Below, one piece after another: positions 59,311 to 64,000 of a stretch of 64,000 bases of DNA. The notes beneath the pieces were generated by a model. It saw only the letters and a list, made by a program, of their open reading frames with translations, was not told the DNA's origin and made no database searches. Within the stretch, counting starts at the first letter, position 1; every line of letters begins with the position of its first letter. The translations under genes and the position numbers were made by a program. The stretch comes from an uncultured virus (IMG/VR IMGVR_UViG_3300028414_000637) (Duplodnaviria; Heunggongvirae; Uroviricota; Caudoviricetes), in the IMG/VR virus record IMGVR_UViG_3300028414_000637. One strand, 5' to 3'.

Positions 59311-60006
59311 ATGCGTATTGAAGAAATTTTAAAACCAATGGAAGAAGGCGTCAATGACCCTCATATTTTTAAAGCAGTATTTTTTGCTGGAGGCCCAGGC
59401 GCAGGTAAAACTTTTGTTGCTAAAAAATTACTAAAAGGTACTGGACTTAAACCTATAAACTCTGATGACATTTTCGAGTTTATGATGGGCAAAGCAGGTA
59501 AAGAATTAACTCCTGACAATATCTATTCAGATGAAGGACAAAGAATTCGTAATCGTGCTAAAGAGATTACTGCGAATAAAGAAGCATCACATATCGCAGG
59601 AAGATTAGGACTTATAATTGATGGTACTGGCAAAGACGTTGCAAAAGTATCAAAAGCACAAGAACAGTTACATCAACTTGGTTATGACACTATGATGTTG
59701 TTTGTAAACACAAGTGAAGAAGTTGCACAGAAACGTAATCAGGATCGCCCAAGAAGTCTTCCTAGAGAACAAGTTAATAAGATGTGGAATTCAGTACAAC
59801 AAAATCTTATGAAGTTTCAGCAACTATTTCGTGCAGGCAACTTCCACATTGTAGATAATTCTGGCGGACTTGAAGATCCAGAAAGAGCAGAAAACTTTTC
59901 AAAAGTTAACAATCAAATTGATAAGTTTCTTATTCAACCACCGTCTAAGCGTCAAGCAAAGCAGTGGATACAAGACGAAAAAACAAAACGCAATACTGGT
60001 CCATAA
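59311..60006 (+). CDS. P-loop kinase, polynucleotide-kinase/zeta-like
   Basis: AGGPGAGKT, INSDD, IIDGT, FV.T..E.A..RN..R.R..P. Confidence 0.8.
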   Translation: MRIEEILKPMEEGVNDPHIFKAVFFAGGPGAGKTFVAKKLLKGTGLKPINSDDIFEFMMGKAGKELTPDNIYSDEGQRIRNRAKEITANKEASHIAGRLGLIIDGTGKDVAKVSKAQEQLHQLGYDTMMLFVNTSEEVAQKRNQDRPRSLPREQVNKMWNSVQQNLMKFQQLFRAGNFHIVDNSGGLEDPERAENFSKVNNQIDKFLIQPPSKRQAKQWIQDEKTKRNTGP

Positions 60007-60066
60007 TAACTATTGACATTCCTCACTAAATATAGTATTATTAGTATATAACTATGTAGGTGAATA

Positions 60067-60921
60067 ATGGATCAAAACATACTAGAAAAATTTCAAAATT
60101 ATCGCAAAAATATTGACTTAGAGTTTATTTCAAAAACTCACGTTCATTATTGTACCCCTTGTTATGGTGGACAAATCACAGAGCCTTTCTTTCGTAGTTG
60201 GACTAAGGCACATATGATGTATACTAGACACGAAATACCTTACTCAGTTACAACTAGTGCAAATGAATCGTTGATATCAAGAGCCCGTTGTCATATGGTT
60301 GCGTACTTTATGGCTAATCCAAAAGCAACACATTTAATGTTTATTGACGCTGATGTTAATTTTGATTGTATTGATATCTTACATATGTTGCAACATGATA
60401 AAGATATTATAGTCGGTGCATATCCAAAAAAAGATTTAGATTGGAGAGGCATAGAACGTAGAATACTAGGTGGCCGTGCGGATACATTAGAAGATTTGAA
60501 ACAAGCAGGCGCCAATTATGCATTGAATTTTGATTGGAACATAGAAGAAGACAATTCACGTAAAATAAAAACTAAAGATGGGTTGGTAAAGTTACGTGAC
60601 GCGGCAACTGGTTTTATGTTGATAAAACGTGAAGTAATTGAAAAAATGATTTCCGCTTATCCTGATTTGTATTTTAATAATGATTTGAATATGGATGAAG
60701 AATTTGCTAAATGGACTTATCTATTTTTTGATTGTATGCATGAACAAGATACAAAGCGGTATCTATCAGAGGACTACGCATTTTGTCGTAGATGGCAAGC
60801 ATTAGGTGGTGAAGTTTGGCTAGACCCACTAATCAATTTAGACCATGTAGGGCACTTTACCTTTTCTGGTAATGTTGGTAAAATATTTCAACAAAATTCT
60901 TCAATCGAAGATGACATATAG
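60067..60921 (+). CDS. GT-A fold glycosyltransferase-like protein
   Basis: TPCYGG, NESLI.RAR, FIDAD (DxD), GAYPKK, TGFMLI.R, SEDY.FC.RW...GG. Confidence 0.75.
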   Translation: MDQNILEKFQNYRKNIDLEFISKTHVHYCTPCYGGQITEPFFRSWTKAHMMYTRHEIPYSVTTSANESLISRARCHMVAYFMANPKATHLMFIDADVNFDCIDILHMLQHDKDIIVGAYPKKDLDWRGIERRILGGRADTLEDLKQAGANYALNFDWNIEEDNSRKIKTKDGLVKLRDAATGFMLIKREVIEKMISAYPDLYFNNDLNMDEEFAKWTYLFFDCMHEQDTKRYLSEDYAFCRRWQALGGEVWLDPLINLDHVGHFTFSGNVGKIFQQNSSIEDDI

Positions 60922-60946
60922 TAAAAGAGGCCTAAGCCCCTTTTAC
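60922..60946. terminator. Probable bidirectional terminator between convergent units
   Basis: GTAAAAGAGG/CCCCTTTTAC imperfect inverted repeat. Confidence 0.5.
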
Positions 60947-60996
60947 TTTTTTGTACCATTGATGAAATCTAATTCTTCTTCTGTGTAAGGCCACAT
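60943..60996 (-). CDS. 17-aa micropeptide MWPYTEEELDFINGTKK
   Basis: Starts 1 nt after the upstream ORF's stop; ends at the terminator. Confidence 0.45.
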   Translation of the reverse strand: MWPYTEEELDFINGTKK

Positions 60997-60997
60997 A

Positions 60998-61135
60998 TCA
61001 AAAACTTCCATACATGTTGTGTTTAAATTCAGAAATCTCATTGGCTTTTTTATAATAGCCTCTACTTCTTAGTTCTCTAATTGCCATACAGTAACTTCTG
61101 TATTCCATTGCTTTTATAAATCTTTTAAACATCAT
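60998..61135 (-). CDS. 45-aa microprotein (MMFKRFIKAMEYRSYCMAIRELRSRGYYKKANEI...)
   Basis: Translated by hand; coupled to neighbour; paralogous motif with 61125..61313. Confidence 0.55.
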   Translation of the reverse strand: MMFKRFIKAMEYRSYCMAIRELRSRGYYKKANEISEFKHNMYGSF

Positions 61136-61313
61136 TTTCTCTTAACATTAATGCTTTAGCTTCTTTGATATACCCTTGACGGTACAACTCACTTGCCGCT
61201 CTTGCACGACCGGCACTCTCACCAAACGCCCATATTGCCATAACCGCTGTTGTAAGAGCCATCTTTATTATTTCACATATTCTGCATGTGCTTCTAATTA
61301 TCATCGTATTCAT
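61125..61313 (-). CDS. 62-aa microprotein
   Basis: TAATG coupling to upstream ORF; GRARAA.EL.RQGY..EA. Confidence 0.6.
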   Translation of the reverse strand: MNTMIIRSTCRICEIIKMALTTAVMAIWAFGESAGRARAASELYRQGYIKEAKALMLRENDV

Positions 61314-61483
61314 TATACCCATCCCTTAAGATTATGATTTACTGTAGTTTCACGCCTTTGTAATACTCGTTGTCTACGCTCTAAGTCAACTAAGTCGTGC
61401 GAACTAGCCAAGTAATCATATTCTATTTGTTCTATTGTTCTTGGTTTTAATTTCTTTAGTAATTTTAAAATAAACTTAAGCAT
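61313..61483 (-). CDS. 56-aa DUF3563-like microprotein
   Basis: Translated by hand: ...EYDYLASSHDLVDLERRQRVL...; GGAAGG SD. Confidence 0.6.
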   Translation of the reverse strand: MLKFILKLLKKLKPRTIEQIEYDYLASSHDLVDLERRQRVLQRRETTVNHNLKGWV

Positions 61484-61676
61484 TAAAATTCCTTCCGATA
61501 TGTCCTAATCCGTGATATCCTTTTGGTCCATCACCTGTTTCTATCATTACTTGATAGGCATACTGCCAATCATTCTTGTATTCTGTTTTGGCCCAAAGCA
61601 TCATGTCCTTTTGCAACTTATTAGAAGTTCTGGACGAAAAGACACTCACAAGGCCGCTGAAAAAGTTCAACGTCAT
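61476..61676 (-). CDS. 66-aa microprotein
   Basis: GGAG SD; WAKTEY..DW.YAY. Confidence 0.6.
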   Translation of the reverse strand: MTLNFFSGLVSVFSSRTSNKLQKDMMLWAKTEYKNDWQYAYQVMIETGDGPKGYHGLGHIGRNFNA

Positions 61677-61708
61677 TTACGTTCTCCGTATAAAATAAAT
61701 TTTCTTTG

Positions 61709-61818
61709 TGCTTGAGGAAAGCAATACCCCGGTCTTTTCCGGCGTCATTCGTTTGTTGTGGCAGTCTGCGCCTGCCCTGGTCTTTCCCAGTGCCAATACA
61801 AGAAAGGACTTCTTGTAT
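61709..61818 (-). ncRNA. Candidate structured 5' leader or ncRNA
   Basis: GC-rich island with several hairpins, including two covarying RAAAGA-loop hairpins. Confidence 0.5.
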
Positions 61819-62004
61819 CACTTTTATTTATATAAATATACACGAATAAATGATGAATTAACAGTGTTTTTTCGACATTCCCGCTATGTCCTAAATGCAA
61901 AGCTACTTGCATACCTCGATAACCTCACTGCATATCAAAATAACTATTGATTTTTTATATTAAATATGTTATTATAACTAAGTAATATTACAAAAGGAGA
62001 CAAT

Positions 62005-62289
62005 ATGCCAAAAGTTTTTTGTTCAAAGTATAATGAAGAATTGCCCGGATTAGAAAAAGCACCATTTCCGGGAGAAGCAGGTAAACGAGTACTTGAGAAT
62101 GTCTCAGAAAAAGCATGGAATGAATGGTTAAATTTTCAAACTATTTTGATAAATGAGAATAGACTAAATTTAATGGATGAAAGTGCTAGGGCATTCTTGT
62201 CAGAGAATAGAGATAAGTTCTTATATGAGCCAGGCGAACTTGCTATGCCTGAGCAATATAGGGATCCTAATATCCCTGACCTAAGATAG
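62005..62289 (+). CDS. yggX: Fe(II)-trafficking / oxidative damage protection protein YggX
   Basis: VFC.K...E..GL...PFPGE.G.R....VS..AW..W...QT.LINE.RL. Confidence 0.9.
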   Translation: MPKVFCSKYNEELPGLEKAPFPGEAGKRVLENVSEKAWNEWLNFQTILINENRLNLMDESARAFLSENRDKFLYEPGELAMPEQYRDPNIPDLR

Positions 62290-62300
62290 AAAGATAGTAA

Positions 62301-62915
62301 ATGGAAATTTCGATACAAAGTGAAAAAGTTCCCGTATGGGAATTAAGTAATGTAACATTACCAAATTTAGACGTACCTGCATTATATAACAATAGTACGG
62401 AAAAATTACTTCCAATGAGTCAAAAACGTGAGCCTATGGACTTAGTTGAAGGCAATGATAATCATCTAAAATTCCAAACAGAATGGCTTAGACATTGTGA
62501 CACTATTCAGACATTTTTAAAGGATGGATCCGCATATAAAGAATGTATTGAATTACAGCCTATGTGGCCTAATGGTTTTGCAAGATTTGATTGGCCTAGA
62601 CATTTAAGCTGTATACAAATAATGCATGACAGAGACGGTTTTAGTATGGGGTCTCATATTGATAACAGGACAGTAGTTGGAGTAGTTATTGTAAATTTAC
62701 AAGATAATCCTATTGGTTCTGGTACATCATTTCATAGGTATACGGATCCTCATAATGTCGAAGACAGTTGGTATCAAGGACCTACTAAAAAAGGCACAGG
62801 CGTATTCTTTCTCAATAATTGGAATACCTGGCATAGTGTAAATAATAGCGGTGGTGGTGATAGACTAATTGCATATAACATTATACCATTATCGAATATG
62901 TTTCAACTTAACTAG
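62301..62915 (+). CDS. 2OG-Fe(II) oxygenase-like protein
   Basis: D..GF....HIDN, NL.DN, GT.F, WHSV, R. Confidence 0.7.
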   Translation: MEISIQSEKVPVWELSNVTLPNLDVPALYNNSTEKLLPMSQKREPMDLVEGNDNHLKFQTEWLRHCDTIQTFLKDGSAYKECIELQPMWPNGFARFDWPRHLSCIQIMHDRDGFSMGSHIDNRTVVGVVIVNLQDNPIGSGTSFHRYTDPHNVEDSWYQGPTKKGTGVFFLNNWNTWHSVNNSGGGDRLIAYNIIPLSNMFQLN

Positions 62916-62920
62916 GTGAA

Positions 62921-63325
62921 TTGATGAAAAAGTTAGTATGGAAAGTACATCTTGTAGCAGACCACGTTAATGCAGGAGGAACTGTTAGTGGAGGAAGGCT
63001 ATTTGATATGGCTGATGTATCGGCATACACTATGATTAATGAAACATTTTTAACAGAAAGACCGGACATTGCGGTAGTTACAAATAGTGCGGATGTTAAG
63101 TTTGTTGCTCCTGCATATGCATATGGCTTTATAGAATCCTATGCTGAAATTATAGAAGTAACACCTGCAAGAATAAATGTATCAATTACGATGCAATACC
63201 GAGACAATAGAAGTTTAGATTGGTATGACTGTTTTGTGGGAACTTTTAGTTTTACATGTTTAGATAAAGCGACTCGCAAAGTTTATAAAATGTCAAAAGA
63301 GGAAATGAATGAAATTAAAAGCTAA
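62921..63325 (+). CDS. Hotdog-fold acyl-CoA thioesterase-like protein
   Basis: N..GTV.GG.L...AD, VVT....V.F..P. Confidence 0.8.
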   Translation: MMKKLVWKVHLVADHVNAGGTVSGGRLFDMADVSAYTMINETFLTERPDIAVVTNSADVKFVAPAYAYGFIESYAEIIEVTPARINVSITMQYRDNRSLDWYDCFVGTFSFTCLDKATRKVYKMSKEEMNEIKS

Positions 63326-64000
63326 AGTTTTAGTTACCGGCGGAGCAGGATTTATAGGAACAGAGTTGGTAACCCAACTGTTGTCTAATGGGTATTCGGT
63401 TACAATACTAGATAAAAAAGATAAGCCCGAGAATATAGATAGTAGGGTAAAATATATTCAAGGAGATTTACAAAATGCGGCACGTTGTGTTATGGCATGT
63501 GCGGGACAAGAGTTTATAATTCATTTAGCCGCAAAGCCTCGTATACCAGAGAGTTTCCTCAATCCAGATGAATACTTTGATAATAATGTAACAGGTACAC
63601 GTAATATTCTAACAGCCGCAAGTGCAGTTAGAGTACGTAAATTTGTGTTTGCAGGCAGTAGTTCAGTATATGGAAATAATCAAACACCCCATAAACCTTA
63701 TCACAAACCAGACCCACTCAACTACTATGCTATGACTAAGTTGTTTGGCGAACATCTATGTAAACAATACAAGAATATGTTCGATTTAAATTATAATATT
63801 CTACGTTTTTTCACAGTGTATTCAGAGAACCAACCTAATTCTAATACAGGCGGACTGATGATAGGTAAATTTGGTAGACTTGCTAACGAAGGAGAGCCGT
63901 TAACGGTTCATGGCGACGGAGAATATAAGAGAGATTATATACATGTTTCTGATGTAGCAAAGGCCTGCATAGCGAGTATTGAATCAAAAGTAAGAAATGA
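63309..64000 (+). CDS. NAD-dependent epimerase/dehydratase (3' truncated by window)
   Basis: VLVTGGAGFIG, IHLAA, N..GT.N.L, SSSVYG, Y...K, LR.F.VY, G.G...RDY.HV.D. Confidence 0.92.
   Translation, partial: MKLKAKVLVTGGAGFIGTELVTQLLSNGYSVTILDKKDKPENIDSRVKYIQGDLQNAARCVMACAGQEFIIHLAAKPRIPESFLNPDEYFDNNVTGTRNILTAASAVRVRKFVFAGSSSVYGNNQTPHKPYHKPDPLNYYAMTKLFGEHLCKQYKNMFDLNYNILRFFTVYSENQPNSNTGGLMIGKFGRLANEGEPLTVHGDGEYKRDYIHVSDVAKACIASIESKVRN

Noticed and set aside
61726..61795. Cobalamin riboswitch (GCACTGGGAA resembles part of the B12 box)
   Set aside because: The other conserved elements and overall length are lacking; the repeated-hairpin reading fits better.
585..62318. Many minus-strand and alternate-frame ORFs of 60-180 aa in the ORF track
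   Set aside because: They are shadows of well-supported + strand genes, with no SD, promoter or recognisable motifs.
1..64000. Alternative genetic code or stop-codon reassignment
   Set aside because: Core genes are full length under the standard code and end in TAA, TAG and TGA.

Overview
This is an AT-rich, gene-dense 64 kb segment of a large T4-like (Tevenvirinae-type) myovirus genome, probably aquatic or marine; the host is not identifiable from sequence alone. Almost all genes are on the + strand. Virion genes include neck, an 893-aa tail sheath, tail tube, head completion, terminase, PAAR and many probable head-core or internal proteins. Replication and recombination genes include gp32, UvsX/Y/W, primase, DnaB-type helicase, clamp-loader small subunit and an exonuclease. 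Nucleotide metabolism is covered by NrdAB, dNMP kinase, Prs, a PRTase and QueD. There is one tRNA-Arg(ACG). Auxiliary enzymes include three 2OG-Fe(II) oxygenases, a radical SAM enzyme, an amidinotransferase, ClpP, a nitroreductase, YggX, DUF59, a thioesterase and an epimerase. Two promoter classes are visible: sigma70-like TTGACA-N17-TATAAT, and a late-type GATAAATA (T4 uses TATAAATA). Five observations stand out: (1) a ~196-aa miniature DnaE-like polymerase that keeps all three catalytic Asp; (2) four replication genes, including that one, with identical leaderless promoter architecture; (3) a ligase-motif protein and a PNK-like kinase that both carry capsid-targeting-like N-termini, possibly a virion-packaged nucleic-acid repair pair; (4) modular head proteins with Glu-flanked cassettes, one ending in an antimicrobial-peptide-like helix; (5) a minus-strand operon of five microproteins behind a structured leader with two covarying hairpins. 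All family calls come from motif recognition by eye; no database search was run.
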